Shown here: positions 17,272 to 27,400 of the stretch, piece by piece
How positions within the stretch are numbered: the stretch's first letter is position 1
Layout: the number at the start of each line of letters is the position of its first letter
Source of the DNA: Oligoflexales bacterium
Lineage (GTDB): Bacteria > Bdellovibrionota_B > Oligoflexia > Oligoflexales > CAIYRB01
DNA: 36,125 bases
Direction: 5' to 3'
Assembly: GCA_041736175.1 (NCBI GenBank)
Contig: JBGSUI010000023.1
Location: forward strand, 1-36,125
Position numbers and translations under genes: made by a program
Notes under the pieces: model-generated
The model's database searches: none
What the model was told of the DNA's origin: nothing
Seen by the model: only the letters and a program-made list of their open reading frames with translations

Positions 17272-18121
17272 GTCGCAAAAAGCTCTCCAGATGATCGTCA
17301 TAGTGGGATACCTATCTTTGCTTTGGGGATGCGCTACTTTTCAATCGGAAGAACCGATCACGGTCAAGGAACACTGGCTGCCCTATTTTAAAGCCTGTAC
17401 CCCCCAGGATGGGGCCCATACGGTCCAACTCTTTAAGGATGGGCACTTGCTGGGAGCTGCCGAGCTAGAGTGGATTGCCCCCACGGATGATGACTGGGTG
17501 ATCGAAATCACCAACAATCTGGGACAACGTCTTGGAAGATTAGCGGGAGTCCCAAAGCCTACAAAAAAACAGGGTAAATCTCCTCCCGATGAGCGGGTGA
17601 AACTCCATAGCCAGACAAATTTTTTGAAAAAACTGCCTCCAGTCGAAAAAGAACCCGATGGGTATTTAGTGGTCGACGACCACTGGGTAGGACTTAAGGG
17701 AAGCGAAGTGCCCTGTGTTCTCTCTGGCCAACTGCCCCTCGGCTGGGCTAAAGACCTCCGCCACGTGGAGGAGGAATCAGGCCAGATATCCATGGAGTTT
17801 GAGGATGACAATCGAACCTTAATAACAAAGATCGTTGGTCTGCCTGTTTCGCCCGTAAAACAGGGGGGAGCGATGGGGGAGTCCTTTCCCCAAATTCAGA
17901 TTTGCACCACAAGCTCTTGGAGAAGCTTTTTATTTTTTAAACACTCTATCCAATGGTGCACCGTAAGATATAGGAAATCCAGAGGGGCAGTGGCTAAAAA
18001 TCCTATTCTACGGGGCGAATATCCCTATGTAAAGCAAATTGAAATCAAGGTGGACCGTCCCAATTTATACCGGTTGCTTTTAACCCCTCTTGATTCGGCT
18101 CCTACTGCTCAAAAAAAATAA
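17261..18121 (+). CDS. Hypothetical lipoprotein, possibly divergent LolB-like
   Basis: Lipobox LLWGC; overlaps the TPR gene stop; beta-rich; WVIEITNNLGQRLGRL recalls the LolB l.l..plG motif. Confidence 0.6.
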   Translation: MAHRSQKALQMIVIVGYLSLLWGCATFQSEEPITVKEHWLPYFKACTPQDGAHTVQLFKDGHLLGAAELEWIAPTDDDWVIEITNNLGQRLGRLAGVPKPTKKQGKSPPDERVKLHSQTNFLKKLPPVEKEPDGYLVVDDHWVGLKGSEVPCVLSGQLPLGWAKDLRHVEEESGQISMEFEDDNRTLITKIVGLPVSPVKQGGAMGESFPQIQICTTSSWRSFLFFKHSIQWCTVRYRKSRGAVAKNPILRGEYPYVKQIEIKVDRPNLYRLLLTPLDSAPTAQKK

Positions 18122-18146
18122 AAATATATTTAGGAACCACGCTTAA

Positions 18147-18680
18147 ATGGGCGACGATTTACAAAATATTTCCCAAGTAGACCAACAGGTCCTACAGATT
18201 TTGCTCGACCGAAAGCTTTTACAGCAGGGAATATTAAAGTATTTGGTGAACTACCTGAGGCGCTGGAATGTCAACGCGCTCCAAGGTCTTCGGGAAACCC
18301 ATTTGCTCACCGAAACCCAAATCGCCGATGCCTTTGCGGCCTCTCTCGGTTTGGACCGAATCTACCAGCCCAGTCAGTGTACTCTGGCAGATCAAAGCCC
18401 CTACTGGTTGCCCTTTCGGGTAGCAAGAAAAAAACATATGATTTTTCTAAAAAAAGAAAGCTCAGTAGACGACAACCAGCCTGAAGACATGGAACTCGTC
18501 TGCGCAAACCCATGTGACAAGGAGACCTTAGCAACCTTACAGACTTACTTAAATTTCAAGCCCCAAATCGCCGTATCCGAAAGTCGTGAAGTCTTAAAAG
18601 CCATCGATCTCCTCTATCCTCTCGAAGTCCAATTGCCCGTATCCATATTCCAACTTACTGAGAGTGGTGAAAAAAAATGA
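18147..18680 (+). CDS. Stand-alone GspE/PilB N-terminal (T2SSE_N/MshEN-like) domain protein
   Basis: LL.RKLL..., HLLTETQIADAFAASLGL, LPFRVARKKHMI, LVCANPCD...L, IAVS...EV.KAID.LY; no ATPase domain. Confidence 0.75.
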   Translation: MGDDLQNISQVDQQVLQILLDRKLLQQGILKYLVNYLRRWNVNALQGLRETHLLTETQIADAFAASLGLDRIYQPSQCTLADQSPYWLPFRVARKKHMIFLKKESSVDDNQPEDMELVCANPCDKETLATLQTYLNFKPQIAVSESREVLKAIDLLYPLEVQLPVSIFQLTESGEKK

Positions 18681-20524
18681 AGATTTCAAAAAACGAAAAA
18701 ATGACTCCCAGACGGAATCTAGCAGCAAAGATGCTGTCCTTTTGTGGGCTGCACTCCCTGGGCGTCTTTAGCTCACCAGCCTATGGTTTCTTTCCAAATC
18801 GTTCCCGACTTAACCACGAGATCGATCCTAAAAGCCCGCGACTTCACCAAGTCCCTAAACAATACGAAGCTGTGGTCATCGGCTCAGGGTTTGGGGGAGC
18901 GGTGACCGCGCTCCGACTCAGCAAACACTTTGGCGACCAAGTCCTCATCGTAGAACGGGGCAGGCGGTATCCTAAAGGTTCTTTCGCTCGCAGCTTAGGC
19001 GGTCTTATGGACAGCTTTTGGCGGCAAAAAGATGATAAAGTCCCCAGACCAATCGCACTCCCAGGACATGCCAACGGTGTCTATGACCTTCGTAGCTACA
19101 GAGGCATGGATACCCTGGTGGCATCGGGATTTGGCGGAGGCTCGCTGATCTATGCGGCAGCCATAGTTGAGCCCCAAGATCCCCAATTTGACGCCAAGTG
19201 GCCCCTCAGTCTTAAGCGAGAGAATCTTGCTTATTATTTCGATGTTTTTAAAAAAATGATCGGTGCCCAGCCGGTCCCCCAAACCGAAGCCTCCCGAAAG
19301 CTGATTCGCCATGAGTTGTTTGCGGCGGCGGCCCGGGAGACAGGCGGTCAATTTAGCCCCGTCGACGTAGCGATCCATTTTGGTAAGGACCCAGAGCATC
19401 CCGATCCAATGGGTTCAGAAAGCATCAATGCCTATGGAGCTAAACAAACATCATGCCGTTCCTGTGCCGAATGTATCCTTGGGTGTAACGAACACTCAAA
19501 AAACAGTTTGGATCTCAATTATCTCTATGCCGCGGAGCACCACTACGGAGCCGAAGTCAAAACCGAGCATCAAGTCGAAAAGATCGTTCCCCTCGACCCT
19601 CTAGGAGTGGAAGATCATGCTGCCGATGGATCCCATGGATTTCATGTTTACCTAAAGCCTATCAGTTCTCCGACAAATGAAATTGATTATCTTGTTATAA
19701 AAACCAACCGCGTCATTGTTGCAGCTGGAGTCTATGGGACCAATGAGTTGCTGCTACGTAATAGAGACCTTTATAAAAGTCTCCCTCGTATCAGCTCCCA
19801 GCTAGGAAGGAAGTTTTCCGGAAACGGCGACTTTCTTAACCTGGTTTTTGGGGCAAAAAAAGATGGTTCCCATTTTGGGCCGACCTTAACCCTTAAAAAC
19901 GAATATAATTCCGTCCCACCAGATAATAACCCTGGGTTTATTATTGAAGATTTAGCTTATCCAAACCATCCAAAACTGTTGAGCTGGGTGGTTAAAATCT
20001 TTGAACCCAAAACTCTCCTTGGGCGTAAGCTGTTTCTGCCCACTTACCAAAAAATATTGGAATCCCTTGAGGCAAACAACCCACAGTCAGGTAAAATGAC
20101 CATACTTTTGGGAGTTGGTATCGACAAAAGTGATGGGGTCATGACCCTGGGGCCCACGGGCAGGCTCCAGTTAAGCTGGAATTCCCGAGGCAGCAAAAAG
20201 CTCTATGACCAAATGATCGCCATCAGCCAGAAAATTCGGCAGGTGTGGAAAGCGGAAGCGGTTATCCCCTTTCCGACCTATCTCTTAGGGCGCAATCTCA
20301 CAGTCCATCCCCTAGGGGGCTGCGTGCTTGCAGACACACCTCTCCAAGGAGTCGTCGATGCGGATCCTCACAACTTTGGCGCCGTCTTTAACTACCGGAA
20401 TCTATACGTCGCAGATGGGTCCATCATACCAAGTGCACTGGGCGCAAATCCAGCACTTACGATTGGTGCTTTAGCAGAAATGGTGGCAGAAGGTATCACC
20501 GGTGATAGACCACAAGGAGTTTAG
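18677..20524 (+). CDS. GMC oxidoreductase, cholesterol-oxidase-like, with probable Tat signal
   Basis: VVIGSGFGGAV.A.RL, ERGRR, GFGGGSLIYA, C..C.EC..GC...SKNSLD.NYL, FSGNGD, TVHPLGGC, GANPALTI.ALAE. N-terminal TPRRNL...AYG. ATGA overlap with the upstream gene. Confidence 0.9.
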   Translation: MKISKNEKMTPRRNLAAKMLSFCGLHSLGVFSSPAYGFFPNRSRLNHEIDPKSPRLHQVPKQYEAVVIGSGFGGAVTALRLSKHFGDQVLIVERGRRYPKGSFARSLGGLMDSFWRQKDDKVPRPIALPGHANGVYDLRSYRGMDTLVASGFGGGSLIYAAAIVEPQDPQFDAKWPLSLKRENLAYYFDVFKKMIGAQPVPQTEASRKLIRHELFAAAARETGGQFSPVDVAIHFGKDPEHPDPMGSESINAYGAKQTSCRSCAECILGCNEHSKNSLDLNYLYAAEHHYGAEVKTEHQVEKIVPLDPLGVEDHAADGSHGFHVYLKPISSPTNEIDYLVIKTNRVIVAAGVYGTNELLLRNRDLYKSLPRISSQLGRKFSGNGDFLNLVFGAKKDGSHFGPTLTLKNEYNSVPPDNNPGFIIEDLAYPNHPKLLSWVVKIFEPKTLLGRKLFLPTYQKILESLEANNPQSGKMTILLGVGIDKSDGVMTLGPTGRLQLSWNSRGSKKLYDQMIAISQKIRQVWKAEAVIPFPTYLLGRNLTVHPLGGCVLADTPLQGVVDADPHNFGAVFNYRNLYVADGSIIPSALGANPALTIGALAEMVAEGITGDRPQGV

Positions 20525-20526
20525 AG

Positions 20527-21354
20527 ATGGCGAATATAAAGACTGTCTTTACAGATAAACACCTAGTCAATAGGCTGTTGAAACCGTGGTTGATGTGGAT
20601 CGGTTTGAATTCCTTGGGATCCCAAGGTTACAGTCAGGAGAGTCCACCCCCTTGGAAGCTCAGGGGCGATGCGTATATTATCCTGAGTTCTGTACCTAAA
20701 GAAACCAACCTCAAGGGCGGCTTTATAAGCGACGATCTCAAGGAGCGATACGACCAGTCCTTTGGGGTGACCATGTTAGTCAACTACGAAAGCTCGCCAG
20801 TCGGTCCTTATAAAGAGTTATTGTATATCCCAGGCACTTTTAAGTTTAACGATGGACTGTCCCATCCCTCCATCAGCAAAATCTATGTATCGACCATGGC
20901 AAGTGTGATCAACGGTCGGAAAAATTGGGGGATTCCCAAAGAGCTTGCGGACTTTGAGATCTCCCGTGGAGACCGAGGACAAGAAACCATCAAGATTTTT
21001 AGCCAAGAGTCCCCTATCGCCCAGTTTACCTTGAGTCCCCTTGGGCCAAAACTTCCCATTACGAGTTTTTTCTTACCAAAATCGTTGAAAACTTTAGGCC
21101 AAGAACTTGAGGGAAATGGTTTTATTTTTGATATCAAAGCCCATGGGATGATCCAGCTCGCCTCCCTCGATGAATCCTCAAGTCAACCCGAAGTCTTTCC
21201 TGACGTCGGCCAAGGAAAGGTCTTGCTAGCCTTTAAGATCAGCAACTTCTCCCTTGATTTTCCTGTACCCCAAACATACCAACTGCCAAGCCAAGGGGCC
21301 GGGTCTGATGGTACCCGGAAACATTCCCACGATTCTTACAACAATCCTGCGTAA
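20527..21354 (+). CDS. Acetoacetate decarboxylase (ADC) family protein
   Basis: PPPWKLRG, Y.SSPVGPY.ELL, ISKIYVST..SV.NGR.NWGIPKELADF (Schiff-base Lys motif). Confidence 0.88.
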   Translation: MANIKTVFTDKHLVNRLLKPWLMWIGLNSLGSQGYSQESPPPWKLRGDAYIILSSVPKETNLKGGFISDDLKERYDQSFGVTMLVNYESSPVGPYKELLYIPGTFKFNDGLSHPSISKIYVSTMASVINGRKNWGIPKELADFEISRGDRGQETIKIFSQESPIAQFTLSPLGPKLPITSFFLPKSLKTLGQELEGNGFIFDIKAHGMIQLASLDESSSQPEVFPDVGQGKVLLAFKISNFSLDFPVPQTYQLPSQGAGSDGTRKHSHDSYNNPA

Positions 21355-21434
21355 GTAAATTGATTTATATTCAATTATAGCTATAGTTGGAGCCCTACAC
21401 TAGCCCAACTCGGCTACTTATTGTTTCGTGGGTC

Positions 21435-24400
21435 CTAAGGAACCACAAAATCATAAACTTTTGTACAAGCTTTGAGGGCCGTATCAAAAGAACCTGACAA
21501 CACATGGACGGGGTCACCAACTGTAATTTGTTCTGTCCCCACTGCTGAAACACCGATTTGGCTTGAGCCATTAGAGCCAAAGCAGCGAACCCCGCTACTA
21601 TCGGTTATACAGGTGTGATTAAATCCAGCTTGAACGGTGTAGACTCCAGAGACATTTGAATCATTCGTGTTTTTGATAGTCACAGGCAAAACCGAATCCG
21701 TGCTGGTTCCGTTGCCTAGTTGGTAGGTGGAGTTGGCACCCCAGCAAACAGGTTCTTTGGTGTTTAACAGGGCGCAGGCATGGGCATTTCCCACAGTAAT
21801 CGATACGATATTGGTCAGGTCGCTGGCTCCTGATGCGGCACGGACCGTGGTTGGATTTTTGATTTTGGTGTTGGTGGCTGGAGTGTCAACACCAGCGACA
21901 CCTTGGGTATTGGATCCCCAACACATAGCTTTCTGATTTTGTAGTAGGACACAGCTGGTTTTGCCACCGGCGCTCACGCTGACCAAGTTAGCAATGGCGA
22001 CATTACTTGCATCCCTTACCAACACTGGATAAACTCGATCAAGATTTGAATCACCATTGGTCAAGCGAGTGATTAATGAAGCGTCGTTGCTCCAGTAGTC
22101 ATTGTCGCCAATTTGGTCGGAGTCATTGGCACCCCAGCATAGGACGTTTTGGCCGGTGATCGAACCGGACACAACCGTGAGGCGGACCGCGCAGGTATGG
22201 GACTCGCCAGCAGATATGCTGAAGACATCGCTTAAATCTGCTGTTGCCGTGACGTTGTCGGATCCATCTTTTGCGGTGACTAATTTAACAGCGACAGGAA
22301 TAGCCGCAAGAGTGGTGGTCCCATTGCCGAGCTGCCCATTGGCGTTTTTGCCCCAACAATAGGTCTTACGACTGGTATCGATGGCACAGGTATGATCGTT
22401 TCCTGCGGCGAGTGCTACGATATTCGACAAATTGCCGCTGTTGGCGGTATTTTTGACGAAAACGGGCGTGACTGAAGTCTCTCCGACACCGGTGGCGAGG
22501 TTTGCACCGAGTTGCCCAAATTCGTTGGATCCCCAGCAAACGACCCGTTTAGTCGCGTTGAGGGCACAACCATGGTTTTTACCAGCGACAACAGCCGTCA
22601 ATGAATACAGATCAAAATCTGGATCGTTGGGGTCGCGAATACCCATGGGCTCCCAGGAGCTGGGAGTTGTGGCCGAAGTTTCGTTACGACCGAGTTTACC
22701 ATTGCTATTGGATCCCCAACACGAAACTCGAGCATCACTGGTAAGAGCGCAGTTAAAGTCGTCGCCACTGGTTAAACTAGCCGGTTTTGTTGTCCCACAG
22801 GATGCTCCTGAACAACCTTGGAATGGGGTTTGAATGCCTTCCATGACCATATCAAAGGTTGGTGTTAATGATAAAATTGGGATCCGTAGTTGGGTCGGAG
22901 CCCCGAGATCTTTCAATTCAAGATATCGAGCGATGCGTGCGGTTTCGGCACCATTGGTGACTTCCCATGTGGTTTGATGTTTGGTGAGGTTTGTAAAGAC
23001 ATTGAGGGTTCCATTCACGCCCACGAGATTCGCTGTGACACCGAGGGTTGACACGCTCGTAGCAATCGTGCCTGTTGCCGGTGTCACACAGTTGTCGCTC
23101 CCACAGGAAGAACCGCCACTCAGAACGCTGACGACCCCAGGTATGGTTATTTTGCATTGGCCGTCTAGGACAGGCGATGCACCCCAACCCAAGGTAAAGC
23201 TTCGGGTGGCGTCATCAGGTATCGTAAAGGTGATCACGCCTTGGTTGGAGGTTTTGCCGTTTGCAGTCACGGTGTAAAGGACCCGCCCTTCACCAAAATA
23301 GTTGGCGCTTGGTGTGTAGGTAAAATTGCATACCCCCGTGGTGCCATTACAGGACTCGGCAGATCCAGAGCCGCCGACTGCTGACATGATGGTCATCGTA
23401 GAGGCTTTGTCTGACTCAAGATCAGTGTATTGGGTTCCTGGATTGAGCTCGACCACATAAGCAGAGCGGTTTGGTAGGATAACAGCAAAATTATTAGCGA
23501 CCGGAGCTGCATCAGTAGCGGAAATGGCTATGGTTAAGGTTGCATTATTTGAATCTTGATCGGGGGTGCCATTGATTCTTGCTTTAAATCCAACTGTAGC
23601 GTTTCCAGTAAAGGCAGGTGTTGGAATAAAGGTAAAAGGGCACGAACCAGCGGTGCAGGTAATCTCCGTTGGATTTCCCGAGATTGATCCATTGGTGATG
23701 CTGTTGATAATCAATTTGTTGACATTGGGCCCTGGATTATAGGTATAGCCATTGTTGCGGCTTATGGTTACGGATTTGTTTTGATTCATCACGCCGTTAA
23801 CCGTGAGGTTTTGGGCACGAAGCTGGGGCTGAAAGTCGACCGTGACCGTGGCGCCAGTGGTCGCTTGTTGGCCATTGGCTTCGACATTGAAGTCAAATGT
23901 AGCAGAACCGTAGTGTCCGGCATTGGGCATAAAGCTCACCAGGCACATTCCCGTCCCGTCACAGGTTATGGGGTTTGCAGGGCTCAGGGTCCCGTTGGTG
24001 GGATTACTTGCAAAGAGCTTAGCTGCGAGGTCATTGTTGACGTCCGTATACCCGTTTGCGATTCCTGGTGATATGGAGAGGAGCTTCATCGTTTCGTCGG
24101 ATCCAGTAAAGCTTAAGTTATAAACAACAGGCGGTGTCGGCAGTGCCAATACATCGATTGTGAAATCAGCATAGTTAGACCAGGTCCGGTTGCCAACTGG
24201 TCCGCCTTTGACACGGTATTTAAGGGCAACGGTACCAGTAAATACAGCAGTGGGTGGTGTATAGGTAAAGGTGCAGGTGCCTGTCGTACAGGTGCCGATG
24301 GTGACCGAGCCTTTGCCTGCTGGGACAGCCGTGTAATCACTGTTGAGGATTTGGAGGTCGACAGCGTCATCCTCAACAACGCCAACTTTCTTCACATAAT

Positions 24401-27400
24401 CGATGTTTTTAGTGACCGAGCCATTTAAGACAGTGTTGACATTGGTGGAGCGCGTCGCGCTACTGGCGATTAGGTCACGATTAGCCGAAACGGTGTAGGT
24501 ACCTGTCGCTGAGGTGATACCCCAAACAGTTACGTTATAGTTAAAGGTTCCATTGCCTTCAAAATTAAGGTTAGGTATCACGGACACGGTCAAGGTTTTG
24601 TTGGTAGGATCGTAAGTGCTGGAGCCAATCGATAAATTTTGTAGGTTAAAAGTTGAAATAGTGACGTTTTGACCTGTCCAGTTAGCAGAATCTGGGTAGT
24701 TGATGCCTGAGAAACCCAGATCCTCGCGCCCAATCACAATGGTCACTGCTTCGTTCATGGATGTGGATACAGTGGGGTTCGTCACGGTCGGCATCGCTTT
24801 AACCCACATTTTTCTAAGTCCATTACCGGTGACGTAATTCATACCATCGGTGGGAAGCCAAGTAGCACCATTTGGGGTCCCTTTTTGCCAGTTATGCTGA
24901 TAGGTCTGGGATACAGTGCCATCAGCAAGGTAAGCGTTATAGCTGAATTGCACCAGCCCCCAGTCACTGCCTGTGCTTCCCTGCATATCGATCGAACAGG
25001 TCCCACTGGCGTCGCAATTGGTGGTTTCACAGACTAGATCAGCAGGCGTGCTTCCGGTGCAGGTGACTCCAGAGCCGGAAAAGGCTGAGGTTAAAGGTGC
25101 CTTAAGGATCGTGGCAACCTCAGAATTAAAGCCAAAAATGCGGATTTTAGCAGCATTGGCTTGACCGTCAGAACTATATTCATAACCGTTTTGGTCAGTC
25201 GCAGCAAGTGCCCCCTGTTTGCGGAAGGTTATTGTTGTGGGCGTCCTGTTGATAATGTTGATGGTATTTACAGCTTGTATACAGCGGTCGTCGTTAGGGA
25301 TAGCATAGGTTGAAGCGGGGCACATGGACCGCGTAGCGATTTTCGGAATAATACGCAAGCGGAGATTTGTTGTGTTGGTGTTGCAATTGTTTGTATCATA
25401 TCCTGTTACTGTGATCCAGGAAGTCTCGAACGCATCATCGTTAAAGTCTGTAGGCGTTGTGTTTCCTGGAAGCTTCCAGGAAAAATCACATCTACCGCTG
25501 GAACAGGTGCAGTTTAGGCCGGGACATCCGGTAATTGAGCTACCGTCCGTATCACTGATAAGCATAGTGACTAGCTGTTGGAATGTTTCTGCAGAGGGGT
25601 AGGTGTAGAAATTTCCATTCGTACCTCCGTTACCGATAGTTGCTGAAAAAGTCCCACCTTGAACCACATTACCCAACAGCGCATTGTTGGTAATCACACC
25701 AGACGTGGGGCATGACAATCCTGGGGGAGCCAGAAGTATTTTGACAGTGACTTTGGACCAATTGGAGCTTTTGGCTAAATTATTTCCAAATGCATATCCA
25801 TTGGCCGCCGTGTAGTTTTCCCCTGTTTTAATCCGGTACCAGAAACTACCGGTTGCAGGATATGAGGCATAACTTGGATCTGTTATGACGGGAACAGTAC
25901 ACCTCGTCGCATCGCAGGTGGCAGGATCAGTGCCACTATTGTAGGCGAGATTAGTTGGCGCCGAGGCTCCGTTGGAGCCATTGCCGATTTCGATGGAAGT
26001 GACATTACCGCTGCCAGCAAAGTTTAGGAATTGATTCGTTGTCCAAGTGGTTGCTGGAATTGGAATCGGAGTTGTGGTCCCTCGTCCTACGGTATAGTTC
26101 ACATCAAAAGAAGGAGGCGATACGCTCGGGTCTTGGGTTCCTGGAACCGGCAAATGGGAGGAGGTTGGTGCTGTTGGACCGCCACTCACGTAAACATCAA
26201 GGGTCGAGTAGAGCGGTTGTTCCTGTGGTGTCGAAGGCCCCTGGCTGGTGGTGACGTAATATCTGACGGTCATAAAATCGTCTAATTTGCTGCCATTGGG
26301 CACAAAACTAGCTGTACAAACCCCTGCGCCATCACAGGTAAACGCATCGTTAGCGTCTTTTCCAGCGGCGTAATCAATGGTGCCGCCAGCAAGGGATCCG
26401 CTGACGATTCTGACCTTGGTCGCAAGGCCGCTGTCAACATCGTAATAGCCTTTGGTCCACCGATTGGGGTCAGTGGGTAGTGCATTGATCCCTGCCCTCC
26501 AGGGGCTGTTGTTGTAGGTTGGATTGGTGTAAGGTGACAAAGTCACGGTGATCGGTTGACCCGAGCCACTGAGATAAAAGGTGCCATAGTGGGCTGGATT
26601 AGCGGTTGCATCAAACTCATATTTGCGGTTAAACACCATGGTTTGATTGTTAATCCCAGCAACTTGAGGGGCGTCTTCGACCGCTGCGAAATTAACCGTA
26701 ATGGTTTTGCTTGGTGAGAGTAGGCCGTTTGCGGTGACCATGTAAACAAATGTACCTGTTCCGTTAAAATCCATGAGGGGTACTATTGCTACGGGACATT
26801 GCCCACCAGCATTACAGGCTCCGGGTGTTACAGATACAAAAGCATTGGTGTCGAAGGAGACGATACTCACGGCAGTTGCAGTCATGGGGTAACCGTCAGG
26901 CAATGAAATGTAAGATGCGTTGATCCCGGACGGTGTCAAGTAGCCATATCCTGGCTGGATGGTAAGATTATAGGTGGTATCCTCGGATGTGTTGATGGTT
27001 AAGTTTTCACCGACTGGAGCCAGGGGCGGCGTGATCGTGAAGGAAAGGGTTTTTGGACTGCTGTTGCCAGTGACAGCAAAGATCGTCGAATAGGTCGACA
27101 CGATGTAGCTTACGGGAATCGTCGTGTTGGTTGTCCCGACGGGAGGGGTCCAAGACCAGGTGCAGGCGCTGGTTACGCAGGTGCATTCTACGTCTGCCGC
27201 AACGATGGAGCAGGTGGTATTATCGCCACCGTTCGCTGAAGTGATGCCGGCAAAAGTTCCATAGGTCGCGGTATTGCTGACATTGAGGAACTTGATTTTT
27301 GAAATGTTATCGCCATCGACATCTACATACCATTTACCATTGCCGCAAGATGCGTTGTCACGGACCATGGTTACAGTTTTAGCAGTATTGGTGAAGACAT

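Noticed and set aside
21355..21434. Terminator between the convergent ADC and giant genes (TAGCC-N6-GGCTA)
   Set aside because: Only a 5-bp stem with no convincing U-tract.
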